The notes: generated by a model from the letters alone, not told the origin. DNA of 64,000 nucleotides from an uncultured Phycisphaerales bacterium (GCA_963755915.1 CAVWLP010000002.1:1472001-1536000); one strand, 5' to 3'; positions 1 through 10,203 are shown, numbered from the stretch's first letter. Numbers and translations are program-made.

Positions 1-3
1 TTT

Positions 4-855
4 GTGCTGAAGGAAAACCAGATCGCGTTCGATCAGACCGAGCCCGACTGGCCGGGCGATTTTTCGCTGGAGCCGTTTGATGCGCTACTGGTCGTGGACA
101 CGGGCACGTGGTCGCAGCTCCCGGGTTTGAAGGATCGCATCGATGGCTGGAAAAAGCCCCGGCTGATTCTGGACCACCATCTCACGCAGGAAAACTGGGC
201 GGATGTGAAGCTGGTGCAGACGCGCGCCGCGGCGGCGGGGGAGATCGCTGCGGATGTTTTGAAGCAGTGGGGGGTGCCGTTTGATCTGCCACTCGCGACC
301 GCCCTTTTCCTGGCGATCGCCAGCGACACCGGGTGGTTTCAGTTCAGCAACACGCGGCCGGCCACGCTTCGCCTGGCCGCCGACCTGATGGAAGTCGGCA
401 TCGACACCGATCAGATGTATCAGCATCTCTACCAGAACGAACGGGCGGAAAGGGTGGCTCTGCAAACGAGGGCGCAGGATTCGCTTGAGCTGCTGGTGGA
501 TGGGCGGTTGGCGGTGATGACCATTGCAAAAGCGGATTTTGCCGAGACGGGGGCGAAACCTTCGGATACGGAGAACCTGATTAATATTCCGCTGCAGATT
601 CGGACGGTGGAAGTTTCGATCCTGATCATGGAGCCGGCGGATAGTTCGGCGGTGCGGGTGAGCCTTCGCAGTAAAGGCGGGGTGGATGTGGCGCGATTTG
701 CCGAACAATTCGGCGGCGGTGGGCACGCCCGGGCGGCGGGCCTGAAGCTTCAGCAGCCGGTGCAGGAGGTGCGCGATGGGGTGGTGGGGGCGATGGAGAA
801 AATGCTGGCGACGAAAGCGGAAAGCACGGAGCACTCGAATCAGAACGACGAATGA
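4..855 (+). CDS. nrnA: DHH/DHHA1 phosphoesterase (NrnA-like oligoribonuclease/pAp phosphatase), probably 5'-truncated by the window edge
   Basis: Motifs VVDTG, LDHH, SDTGWF, SLRS and GGGGHARAAG in the translation. Confidence 0.85.
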   Translation: MLKENQIAFDQTEPDWPGDFSLEPFDALLVVDTGTWSQLPGLKDRIDGWKKPRLILDHHLTQENWADVKLVQTRAAAAGEIAADVLKQWGVPFDLPLATALFLAIASDTGWFQFSNTRPATLRLAADLMEVGIDTDQMYQHLYQNERAERVALQTRAQDSLELLVDGRLAVMTIAKADFAETGAKPSDTENLINIPLQIRTVEVSILIMEPADSSAVRVSLRSKGGVDVARFAEQFGGGGHARAAGLKLQQPVQEVRDGVVGAMEKMLATKAESTEHSNQNDE

Positions 856-904
856 AATTTCGATTTGGTCGGAGGGGCGCGATTTTTGTTGCGGGGGTGT
901 TGGG

Positions 905-956
905 TACAAAAGGTAACAGTCCGCAACAAGCTGGGCAAGATGGGTAATCTTGGGTA
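905..956. repeat. Left copy of an imperfect inverted repeat (partner at ~2692-2742)
   Basis: ACAGTCCGCAACAA at 916-929 is the exact reverse complement of 2718-2731; the flanking ACAAAA and spaced TGGG motifs also align. Confidence 0.6.
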
Positions 957-1077
957 GAAATCTTCGCCCCCTTGTGTCATTATTTGTAATCTATCGTGTT
1001 CTTTATTTGTCCATCGGCGTGACGCAAGTTCGAAACTCGGATGTTTCGCCCTAATGGATTGATGTGAGAGGAGCAAT

Positions 1078-1386
1078 ATGAATTGGTATCACTACGTCGC
1101 CTGCTTCTTCGCCGGGCTTTTCCTCACCAACGTCGTCCCCCATTTCGTGAAGGGGATCTGCGGCGACCGCTTCCCGACGCCGTTCGCGAAGCCGCCGGGC
1201 AGGGGGCTGTCGTCGCCGCTGGTGAATGTGCTCTGGTCGCTGCTGAATTTGCTCATCGGCTTTGTCCTGGCCCGGGTGGGCCGGCTGGCGAGCGGGGGGG
1301 ACCTGGCGATGGCGGCATGCTTCGCCGGCGTTGCCGCACTGAGCACGATGTGCAGCGTGAACTTCTCCAGGAAGCATGCCGGGTAA
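1078..1386 (+). CDS. Small membrane protein (3 predicted TM segments), function unknown
   Basis: GAGAGGAG Shine-Dalgarno before the ATG; hydrophobic segments; GC-type codon usage. Confidence 0.75.
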   Translation: MNWYHYVACFFAGLFLTNVVPHFVKGICGDRFPTPFAKPPGRGLSSPLVNVLWSLLNLLIGFVLARVGRLASGGDLAMAACFAGVAALSTMCSVNFSRKHAG

Positions 1387-1759
1387 GAATTTGCGCCCAA
1401 CGGTGATCAATGGTTTCCCGTTTCCGTCTCTAATCGGAAAAATCTCACGCAGAGGCGCAGAGGCGCGAAGAAGGCAAAGCGTTGCCCATCTTGCTCAAAT
1501 CATCATTGGTCCATGCCGGTTTCTGTAATTTCAACACAGCACAATCCATGTGCATACCCACCCGGCACACCAAAGTAGAATCGTGCCTCTTCTGACATTC
1601 AAATCTTGATTTAGCTTTGCGGAGAGATTCCAGATTGGTTGTCAGCATGATGAGAACATACCGCCGAACCAACGCCCATGGACAAGCTCGGGAAGACAGA
1701 AATCCGAAATGACGAGACACCATTTGAACTTTTCCGACGTTTCTTGCATGGAAATGAGC

Positions 1760-2307
1760 CTACGGGAGTTGATTGGCAGTACCCGTGAAATTTTTAAATC
1801 GGAATATCACAAGCCGTTGACCGTCGGTCTCAGAAAAGTGTTCCTCGAATTTGCCGCTTGTATACCTGCGTAAAACCCTGCGCCAAAACGCCTGCGCCCG
1901 AAGATTCATAGGCAACACACCAGCTTCCCATCGACCAGGAAAACGATCAAATATGCCGGATGCGGCGTGCTCTCCGATGCCAGCGCCGCGAAATGCATGC
2001 AAAAGGAAAATTCCTGCATGATATAATCGACATCGGTAGAGGCATGCGGTGGCCCGGCGACGAGGGCAAAACCCGCCGCTCTGCCATTAGCCAGGATCGT
2101 GAATGGGAACAATTTGCCGGGTCTTTCCCACCAGATACTTTGGACATCGCCTTGTTCGGCGAGCGTCCGAACGGCGCTTGGTTCTACGATTCCGTGCTCG
2201 TTGGGTCCCTCACCACTGAACTCCGATAGATCGTGCAAGTAAAGTGGATACATGTTTTTGATGATGTAGGCATCGTCTGCCGTGGACAGAGTAGTTGTGA
2301 CGTTCAT
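1760..2307 (-). CDS. GNAT-family N-acetyltransferase (frameshift near 2000-2010, probably a sequencing error)
   Basis: ORFs 1906-2445 and 1760-2002 join to give YLHDLSEF...AGFALV...MQEF...AFRGAGIG...N.RAQAFW, including an acetyl-CoA motif A. Confidence 0.75.
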
Positions 2308-2391
2308 CGGCTGGCTCCGTGCGTCCGTCAAAATAGTGGCATAGATGATAATGACCGCAGGGTTAATCAAGTTCAATTCTGTCCCGTCAAC

Positions 2392-2432
2392 TCGGAGTGA
2401 CAAGATTCGAACTTGCGACCTCGAGGTCGCGA
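2392..2432 (-). pseudogene. 3' half of a tRNA-Pro-like gene (T-arm plus 3' acceptor strand); possible att-site remnant
   Basis: Minus strand reads AGGTC-GCAAG-TTCGAAT-CTTGT-CACTCCG-A (canonical T-loop, Pro-type CCGA end); no proper anticodon stem or D-arm. Confidence 0.6.
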
Positions 2433-2439
2433 AAACCGA

Positions 2440-2610
2440 TAACAAGCGGCCGACCTGGCTACATCCCGTCCACCAAGCGCTGGACGCGCGGTGCTCGCTA
2501 CATATGCCGCCGTCGACCCCGACGGAAAGTGGTCCGAAGACCGGGCAAACGTCTGGCTGGAGAACCGGCGCACGTGGACGGGCAAGGTACTGGCAAACCC
2601 TTTCGAATGA
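2440..2610 (+). pseudogene. Remnant resembling the C-terminus of a type IIG/IIL (MmeI-like) restriction-modification methyltransferase
   Basis: With one frameshift it translates as RPTWL..VHQALD.AVLATYAAVDPDGKWSED, similar to the RPxWL..AH..LD.AV.AAY tail of these enzymes (recognised from memory, not searched). Confidence 0.45.
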
Positions 2611-2691
2611 ATCGCAGGCGCACGGCGCGAAGCGGGGAATCCATTAATCTTCTCTTGTGGTCAGAAAATGTCAAAAATCCGAATTTCGTGT

Positions 2692-2742
2692 TACCCATTT
2701 TATCCAAACATCCCATTTTGTTGCGGACTGTCCAGTTTTGTC
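2692..2742. repeat. Right copy of the imperfect inverted repeat (partner at ~905-956)
   Basis: TTGTTGCGGACTGT at 2718-2731. Confidence 0.6.
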
Positions 2743-4183
2743 TTGAATGCCCCGGCGCTGCGAGAAAGTGGAGGCAGTGGAAAGTAGAGCAGTAGAGAAA
2801 GACGGGGGATGGGGGATGCCGACGCCGACTCTGTGCCGTCGCGGGGTATGACAAATTGCATAACACGCTCCAAGAAAATGGTCAGGCTAACCTGCCCCCT
2901 TTCGCAATCTTTGGACACGACCGATGCGGACGGTCGAGTATGATCGCCCGCGAGAAGGCTAAGCAATTACATCGGGAGCACGGCGTGATGGACTGCCAAT
3001 CGGATTTGAGCCCGGTCGGGGACCGCAGGGGCGATCGCCCTTCGGCGGCCGCCTGGGTTGTCATTTCTTTGGTGGTTCTAGTCGCCCTGATTCCTCTTGT
3101 CCGCGCAGCCCGGTTTGCCCTCAAGGACCCTGATTCTGATGTTCACCGCCAATGGGTTACGTCGCAATATGTTCTTGCGGGCGTCAATCCATATCCGGTG
3201 GCGCTGAGCGCATTGGAGGCGCGCTATGGGCGTCTGGCTCCCGCCGGGCCGGTTCACTTGCGAAGCGTTAGGATTGATTTTGTTCCGAAACATGGTCCGC
3301 ACCCGCAAACGGATCGCCGGCTTGGTCCACCGGAGGCAACCTACCCCCCAACGAGCGCCGTGCTGTTTGCCTTTACGATCGGCCGTTTTCCGTCGATCTG
3401 GGTTGTGTGTGTATGGACGGGTTTCAATTTTGTCCTTGTCGCTTTGATCGCGGGAGAACTGACGGCGTTGGCTGCCGCGCGGATGAGCCGTCCGTGGGCA
3501 TGGGGCCTGATCGTTCCGCTCCTGCTTCTTTGGCCGCCAACTGCAGAAAGCATTGAGCGCGGACAATTTTCCCTTCTGGTCTTTTGGTCGGTGCTGCGTG
3601 CCCACCGGGTTGAATCCCGTCGTCCTTTGGTCGCGGGGCTGCTGTATTGCCTTGCGCTGATCAAGCCGTCGCTGGGGCTGCCGCTGGTGGTATTGCCGGC
3701 GCTAGGCGGGCGTTGGAGAGTACTCTTCTGGACTGTTGTGGCCCAGTTCATGCTGCTGGGGGCTGCCGGCGTGAAGCTGCACGAATCGCCGCAGGGCCTG
3801 ATTGGCGGTTGGCTCCACGTGTCGCGCTATTTTAGACAAGGGTTGTACACGATTCAGGAGCTGATCAATGTGTTTCACCTGGATGGCACGTCATTCGACA
3901 TACTCATTCCGGTCCTGGTGGTGGCCATCGCTGCATGGATTGCTCGCCGGTACGACCAGGAGCGCCGATTGGCGTTCTTCTCCTTCATCGCGGTGGGCTG
4001 GATGTACCATTACACTTACGATTTCATCGTGCTCATGGCGGCGATTGGTACTGGTTCAGTTTGAATTATTATTTTGTATTTCTATGTTTTGTTCGCAAAA
4101 ACACGCCCAAAACTTTCACCTGCTGGACCCAATTATAGTGAGACAGTTGTTTTGCAGGATATTGAATTGAGAAATTGGGACCG

Positions 4184-5008
4184 TCAGTCGATCAGTTTCA
4201 GCAAGTCCTCAATCTCCCAAACCGATTTTGATAGACCAGCGGCCATTGCGGGTGTCTCTCGTAAGGTGGTGTGAATCTTGCAGTAGTTGTAGTGCATGAA
4301 GTAGAGCGCAATCGCGTGGCCGTGATTTTCAATCTTCTTTGAGTGGGCGTTCGTGAGGCGGGTAAAACGGCGCATTCCCATTCGCATCGACAAATTTTGC
4401 CGCTCAACAAAACTCGTACTGACAAGGCGCGGTTCGGGCGTTCCGCAGATTTCTTCTTTCCGAGTGCCGATGATGTTGGCCGGACTGTAGCGGGCCTCGC
4501 CGGGCCGCTCCGCACCGTAGAGCTTCACCAGCATGGCGTAATCAATGTCACCGCCGAAGGCATCGTCTACGGCGTCCAGATATGCTTTGTGGCCGTCGGT
4601 GGTGAGTTGCACTTTGCGGGCGAGACGCTTCGCAACGTCGTACATGAATTCGTGTGCATAGCCGCCGTCGCGAAGTCCGAGCGTATAGGAAATGATGAGC
4701 TTTGAATCGGCGTCCAGTGCAGTCCATGTCCAGCAATCGCCGTAACCCCACTGGCCGCGTTTTTCTTCTGGGACGTTGGCGGCTTTCGCGTAGCAGAATG
4801 ACCAGATTTCATCGCACTGCACGCGTTTTGTGAGCAAGTGGCAAACATGCTCATCGTGATATTTTGCGCACGCTTCGCCAAGCTGGGCCAAGAGCTTTAG
4901 AACCGTGTTCTTTGCAGCGCCAGTCACCCGGCAAGTGGCGTTAACGCCGACGCCATCGACAAGGCATTGGACTATCTGCACCCGCGTCTTGTCTTCAATC
5001 TTGTTCAT
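4184..5008 (-). CDS. IS1-family DDE transposase (single ORF)
   Basis: N-terminal HTH; CDEIWSF, TDG..AY and VERQNL.MR..RRFTR motifs. Confidence 0.9.
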   Translation of the reverse strand: MNKIEDKTRVQIVQCLVDGVGVNATCRVTGAAKNTVLKLLAQLGEACAKYHDEHVCHLLTKRVQCDEIWSFCYAKAANVPEEKRGQWGYGDCWTWTALDADSKLIISYTLGLRDGGYAHEFMYDVAKRLARKVQLTTDGHKAYLDAVDDAFGGDIDYAMLVKLYGAERPGEARYSPANIIGTRKEEICGTPEPRLVSTSFVERQNLSMRMGMRRFTRLTNAHSKKIENHGHAIALYFMHYNYCKIHTTLRETPAMAAGLSKSVWEIEDLLKLID

Positions 5009-5118
5009 AATGAACATTATGCTTGCTCGTGCATGAAAAGTCAATAGGAACTTTGTATATTATTCAAAGTTTTAGTGGTTGACAACCGATGTAGATTGTA
5101 TATTATGTAAAGCGTGGC
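5009..5118. promoter_or_regulatory. Divergent sigma70-type promoters for the transposase and the toxin-HTH operon, with operator-like repeats
   Basis: Minus strand TTGACT(5044-5039)-17 nt-CATAAT(5021-5016); plus strand TTGACA(5079-5084)-16 nt-TATTAT(5101-5106); palindrome AACTTTG-N9-CAAAGTT (5049-5071); direct repeat TTGTATATTAT at 5053 and 5096. Confidence 0.65.
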
Positions 5119-5583
5119 ATGGAAGTACCAAGCAATGGCGAAGGAGGAAAAGGAGTATCGACAATGCAGGAAGAACAAGCCTCCGCCGCTCTCTGGAAAA
5201 ATGCCGGCGTCGGTGATCCCGCAACAGTTTGGCCTGTTAAATATTGGCCATGCGTTGTCGCGGAAACAAAATTTCTGACCGCCCAGCAATATTGGCATGT
5301 TGCAGGACAGATTGATGAAATTGCCTGTGAGGTTGAACCTTGCAGGTGTCCTACAGCGGACATCGCAAAGATTAAGGATTTTTGGGAACTAAAAGATAAA
5401 GGCGGTCCGCTGGGAAAGATCAACCTGCGTGTCTTCTTTTTTGTGAACACCGATCGCCACGAAATTGTTGTTTTGGGTGTTCACAAAAAAGAAGACGAAG
5501 ATCAGCTTAGGAACTCCGTGATCATTCGAATAGCGCGGCGTTTGCGGCTTTATTTGCAGAGCGTATCGCCCAAGAAACAGTAG
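5119..5583 (+). CDS. RelE/HigB (Gp49)-like toxin; the true start may be the internal Met of MQEEQ
   Basis: WELK...LRVFFF...IVVLGVHKK pattern; lies directly upstream of an XRE HTH gene. Confidence 0.65.
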   Translation: MEVPSNGEGGKGVSTMQEEQASAALWKNAGVGDPATVWPVKYWPCVVAETKFLTAQQYWHVAGQIDEIACEVEPCRCPTADIAKIKDFWELKDKGGPLGKINLRVFFFVNTDRHEIVVLGVHKKEDEDQLRNSVIIRIARRLRLYLQSVSPKKQ

Positions 5584-5604
5584 ACAGCAGACAGGAGCAC
5601 TGAC

Positions 5605-6161
5605 ATGATAGCCATCAAAAAATCGCCGGAGGTCGAAAAACAGGTTCCCCACGTCGAAAAGCTGTCCATTGAACAGCAGTTGCAACTCGCGTCGGCCAAT
5701 ATCAACGGTACTCTTGAATCGTCGCTCACGGCCGCAGCGGTTGCCACGGTGGTTGCCAGAATGGTGCAACTAGACCCGGCTGACCAGAGCGACCTATTCG
5801 AGTGCATGAAGGACTTGTCAACGATCAAGTCCCGCGAAGACGCCGAAGAGACAATGAAGACGATCCTCGAAATTCTGGAGCCAAGGGGCCACGAGTCGTC
5901 TCGGTTGAAGGATTCATTGGTCGAGGAAATTCCTTCGCGTCAGAACCACGAAAGCTGGCTGATATGGATCAGCCAAAAGCTCAAATCATTGCGCGAAGAA
6001 CGCAGCCTAACGCAAGCGGAGTTAGCTCGGCGCACGGTTTGCTCCAGAGCCATATCAGCCGTCTAGAAGCTGGAAGGCACAGTCCGTCCATGAAAACCCT
6101 ACAGAAGCTCGCCGACGCTTTGAAGATTGACGTTAATTCTCTCAGCTTATTGTCCGCCTAA
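5605..6161 (+). CDS. XRE/Cro-C1 HTH protein with a long N-terminal region (HigA-like antitoxin); frameshift near 6038, probably an error
   Basis: LKSLREERSLTQAELARRT+GLLQSHISRLEAGRHSPSMKTLQKLADAL is a complete HTH_3 when the two frames are joined; AGGAG RBS. Confidence 0.8.
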
Positions 6162-6162
6162 C

Positions 6163-6423
6163 TTACGAGGGGCGGCGAGGCCATCTGGCTCTCGCCGCCT
6201 TCTTCGCGATTTCGCTTCGAGATTTGGCAGACAGTTTTTTTGCCCGCGCCTTCCCACCCTTGCTCGCCCCCAGCTTGCTCAATGCAACCGCATGAGGATT
6301 ACGTGTGTCATTCGGGGGTGGACTCCCCGGTGGCAGGATAGGTGGACCATTCCCCGTGGCGGCATCGACGACGGCCTTAGCTGTTTGGGTAAAATCTCGG
6401 CGATTGCTTGCTCGTGCTGGCAT
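6163..6423 (-). CDS. Small basic IS-associated protein (KGGKARA..LS...RSEIAKKAA.ARW motif)
   Basis: 86-aa ORF inside the right TIR with its own promoter-like TTGACG-17 nt-CAGAGT 6 nt upstream of the ATG. Confidence 0.7.
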   Translation of the reverse strand: MPARASNRRDFTQTAKAVVDAATGNGPPILPPGSPPPNDTRNPHAVALSKLGASKGGKARAKKLSAKSRSEIAKKAARARWPRRPS

Positions 6424-6815
6424 TCCCCGACTCTGCCACGAATTGGGATCGGCGTCAAATTTTCAAAGATTCAAACTGAACCAGTACCCGGCGATTGCAT
6501 GGCTTGTGCCCGGCTTCGTCAAGGCCGATGAGCGTGACCGCTGGTGGCTGGTAAGCGTCATCTCGCTGCTAATCCTGGGGCTTGCGCTGCCATTGGGGTA
6601 TACCAGTTTCCACATGCTTATCTGGCGAGCGATGCGCTGGGGCGGACGCCTTGCCCTTCTGGCCGCCGTGTGGGGTGTCACACAGACCGGCCGGCGGCGC
6701 GAAGTGCAAGCGCAAAGAACTTGGTCCTCCCATTTCGCCGGCGTCACTTGATTCCAATGAAATTCCGGATTTAAATATCGTGGGTGCCTCAGATATTGCC
6801 TGACCGGGAGGATTC

Positions 6816-7157
6816 ATGCTCCGCTGGCTTTCTTGTGGTTTGGTGGCCCTGATCACTTTCCCCCTGATTTCCGCCGATCGTGAGCCGACGACGCAGCCGC
6901 AACCGCTCGAGCTTAACGAGATGCACGATCTGCAGCAGAAGCTTGATCAGGTGCAGGCCGACCTGGACGCGGCAAAGGCCAACCTCGGTGAGCTTTCAAA
7001 GCTCCCGCCCATTCAGCCGTGGCAATTTGTGCCTGTTGAGCCGAGTCAGCCGATTCGGAACGGGCGGTTCGATATCAAGCCGTATGGGCCTTCGTTTAAG
7101 TTCAATGGGTTGACGGTGTATGTGGAGCCGGTTTCGCTAAATGCAAAGCGACGGTGA
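6816..7157 (+). CDS. Hypothetical secreted protein with a coiled coil
   Basis: GGGAGG RBS; signal-peptide-like N-terminus. Confidence 0.6.
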   Translation: MLRWLSCGLVALITFPLISADREPTTQPQPLELNEMHDLQQKLDQVQADLDAAKANLGELSKLPPIQPWQFVPVEPSQPIRNGRFDIKPYGPSFKFNGLTVYVEPVSLNAKRR

Positions 7158-7255
7158 TTGGGGACAAAAAAGGGAATTCCCTCCAAAATTGACCAATTCT
7201 GCAAAATCCGTATAATTCCCACACTTTTCTCCAGTTCTCGGCGGAATGCGGATTT

Positions 7256-8504
7256 ATGGCTCGTGTTGATCTCGAAAAAGTCAGCAAAATCTATCCCGGC
7301 GGCGTAAAGGCCGTCGATGCCATCGACCTGCATATCGCAGATCGGGAATTCATCGTCCTCGTCGGACCCTCCGGCTGCGGCAAAACCACCACGCTGCGCA
7401 TGATCGCCGGCCTGGAGGAGATTACAGACGGAATCATCCGCATCGGCGAACGTGTGGTGAACGATGTTCCGCCCAAGAGCCGGGATATCGCCATGGTTTT
7501 TCAGAACTATGCGCTTTATCCGCACATGACCGTTTACAAGAACATGGCATTCGGGCTGAAGCTGCGGGGGATGCCGCGGGCGGAGATCAATCGGCGGGTG
7601 GGGGAGGCGGCGAAGATTCTGGAAATCGAGCATTTGCTGGATCGCAAGCCCAAACAGCTTTCGGGCGGTCAGAGGCAGCGCGTGGCGGTGGGGCGGGCGA
7701 TTGTGCGCGAGCCGGCGGCGTTTTTGTTTGATGAGCCGCTTTCTAATCTGGATGCGAAATTGCGGGTTACGACACGTGCCGAGCTGAAGCGGCTTCATCA
7801 GCGGCTGCGGACGACCACGATTTACGTCACGCACGATCAGGAAGAGGCGATGACGCTGGGGGATCGGATCGTGGTGATGAAAGATGGGCTGATCCAGCAG
7901 TCGGATACGCCGCTGGTGACCTATAATCGTCCGGTCAATCGGTTCGTGGCGGGGTTTATCGGCATGCCACCGATGAATTTCTTCAATGGCGCGATCCGGA
8001 ATGTCGAGCGGGAAAATGACGTTTGAGGAAGGGCAACTGGCTGGCCAACAGAAGGCATCGGTGGGCATTGGGGCCAATGGAGTGGGGGCATCGGGCAACG
8101 GTGGTGAGTTGACCTTCCCGCCGAACGGGTTTACCCTTCCGCTGGATTTATTGTCGCAGGCGGTGAAAGATCGACTGGCGACGCGTGCCGGTGGCCATGT
8201 GGTGCTCGGCATCCGGCCGGAGCATATTCATCTCCAGCCGGTCGGTGGTTCGGTGGCGCCTGTGAAGGTGCGACTGAACGTGATCGAGCCGCTGGGCAAT
8301 AACATGGACGTTTACATGAACACCGCCTTGCACGAGCATGTGGTGGGCCGACTGGAGGCCCAGGCAGGTTTGCAGATGGGAAAGGAAACGACGGTGTACG
8401 TCGATTTGCGCAAGGCTCACTTTTTCGAGCCCGGAGAGACGGGAATGAATTTGAGTTTGGAGACATTGTCTCCCACAAACGAGCCGGCCCATGCACTTGC
8501 TTGA
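7256..8504 (+). CDS. Sugar ABC transporter ATP-binding protein (MalK/UgpC family); frameshift near 8010
   Basis: [32 protein letters not shown]-terminal GIRPEH/TOBE domain in the next frame. Confidence 0.9.
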
Positions 8505-8619
8505 GCAAATGCATCAGCCGATTCGCGGTTTGGCCCCGGCGGTAATTTTACCGCCGATCCGGTTTTTTGCCGGGTAGGTGATTGGGTGCCCAGCACCCGA
8601 ACTCGCCGTCGCAGAAGCG

Positions 8620-8646
8620 GGCCGCCGAATTTGGCTGGCCTTTTTT
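8620..8646 (+). terminator. Hairpin plus T-run in the nusA leader (attenuator-like)
   Basis: GGCC-GCC/GGC-T-GGCC stem followed by TTTTTT about 30 nt before the nusA ATG. Confidence 0.45.
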
Positions 8647-8677
8647 ATTTGATAGGTTTTTGGCATTTAGAGGAAAC

Positions 8678-10203
8678 ATGAATTCGCAGGAACTGATCCG
8701 AATCGTGGATGGAATCGCCCGTGACAAGAACATCGAGCGCGACCAGATCTACAACGACATCGAGCAAGCGGTCGCTTCCGGTCTGCGCAAGCAGTTCAAC
8801 ACCGAAGACACGAGCGAATTCACGGTGAAGCTGGATCGCACGAACGGGCAGATTTCGGCGCTGCGGCAGGGCGTTGAAGTGCCGCTGTCGGTCGTCGGGC
8901 GCATCGGCGCACAGACCGTCAAGCAGGTGATGATCCAGCTTATCCGCCAGGACGAGCGCGGTAGCATTTACGAGGAATACAAGGACCGCGTCGGCACGAT
9001 TATCACCGGAACCGTCGCCCGGTTCGAAAAAGACACGATGATCGTGACGCTGCTGCGGAACGTCGAGGGGATCATGCCGCGCAGCGAGCAGATTCCCGGC
9101 GAGGTTCACCAGGTGGCAGAGCGCGTGCAGGCTCTGATCCTGGAAGTTCGCGACACGCCCAGCGCGGTGAAGATCATTCTTAGCCGCAGCCATCCGGAAC
9201 TAATCCGGCGATTGTTCGAGCGCGAGGTTCCGGAAGTCGGCGAGCGGACGATTGAAATCAAGGCGCTGGCGCGCGAGCCGGGGCATCGGACGAAGATCGC
9301 GGTCAGCTCCATCGACAGCAAGGTGGATGCGGTGGGGGCGTGCGTGGGCGTGCGCGGCAGCCGGATCAAGAATATCGTCGATGAACTGGGGGGTGAAAAG
9401 ATCGACATCGTTCGCTGGAACGAATCGAGCCAGGTTCTGATCAGCAACGCGCTAAAGCCCGCCGAGGTGGCGGAAGTTGCGCTTTGCTTTGAGCTGGGGC
9501 GGGCGACGGTCGTGGTTAACGAAGATCAGTTGTCGCTGGCGATCGGCAAGCGCGGGCAGAACGTGCGGCTGGCGGCGCGTCTGACCGGGTGGGACATCGA
9601 CATCCTGACGCCGACCGAATTCCAGAAGGGCGTGACGCGGCTCGACGCGACATTCAAGAGCATCGAGGGCATCACCAAGGAGATGATCGACAAGGTGATC
9701 GTGCTGGGCCTGATCGACGTGCGCGACCTGGAAGAAGTGGGCACCGGCCCGCTGATGGAAGAGCTGGGCCTGGACGAGGAGACGGCCCAGAAGGTGGTCG
9801 ACCGGTGCGCCGAAGAGGCGAAGATCGTGGCGGTCGAGCAGGAGGCGAAGAAGGTTGCCGATGCGTCTGCCAAGGCGAAGCAGGCGGCGACGGTGGCGGC
9901 CGACAAGGCGGCGCTGCTGGCGCTGGGCGAGCCTTCCGCGGCCGAGCAGTCTGCCGAGCGAGCGGGGGGGACAAGATGCCGGACGCCATGGAGGCGGTCA
10001 GCGGGGCAGCGCCGGAAATCACCGTCCATGCCGAGTCGGCGGTGGCTGGGGAAGAGCTTAGCGTTGAGGAGCAGGCCGTCCAGGGAACCGCCGAGCCGGA
10101 CACCAATGGGATTGCGAAGAAGCCGATCGAGGAAGAAGACGACACGGCGCGTCTCGCCGAAGGAAGCGAGACGGCGCCGGTGGACGATGCGAACAAGTTG
10201 TAA
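8678..10203 (+). CDS. nusA: Transcription termination/antitermination factor NusA (frameshift in the G-run near 9965)
   Basis: AREPGHRTKIAV, GACVGVRGSRI, SLAIGKRGQNVRLA. Confidence 0.95.

Larger units (their letters stand above)
4047..6488. mobile_element. IS1-family insertion element with passenger genes (transporter IS), 2,442 bp
   Basis: Perfect 20-bp TIRs GGTACTGGTTCAGTTTGAAT (4047-4066) and ATTCAAACTGAACCAGTACC (6469-6488); 8-bp target duplication CGGCGATT at 4039-4046 and 6489-6496; DDE transposase inside. Confidence 0.95.
2856..6751 (+). pseudogene. GT87/DUF2029-like membrane glycosyltransferase interrupted by the IS element at 4047-6488
   Basis: YPP, GQ, IKP and YD motifs and many TM segments; removing the IS and one TSD copy restores the frame (MAAI|AWLVPG...) through the stop at 6751. 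Confidence 0.8.

Noticed and set aside
1445-1750. Possible small gene between the membrane protein and the GNAT
   Set aside because: No recognisable motif or convincing start; cannot be supported
2392-2468. Full-length tRNA-Pro (5' CGGGATGTAGC could pair with the 3' end)
   Set aside because: No anticodon stem or proper D-arm; the 5' part reads as a protein-coding remnant
2586-2593. GGTACTGG matching the start of the IS terminal repeat
   Set aside because: Only 8 bp, with no further similarity or target duplication; probably chance
5085-5112. dif-like sequence TGTATA-TTATGTAAAG inside the IS
   Set aside because: Only the XerD-like arm and spacer match; the XerC arm is absent, no partner site was found, and it is better explained as promoter/operator sequence
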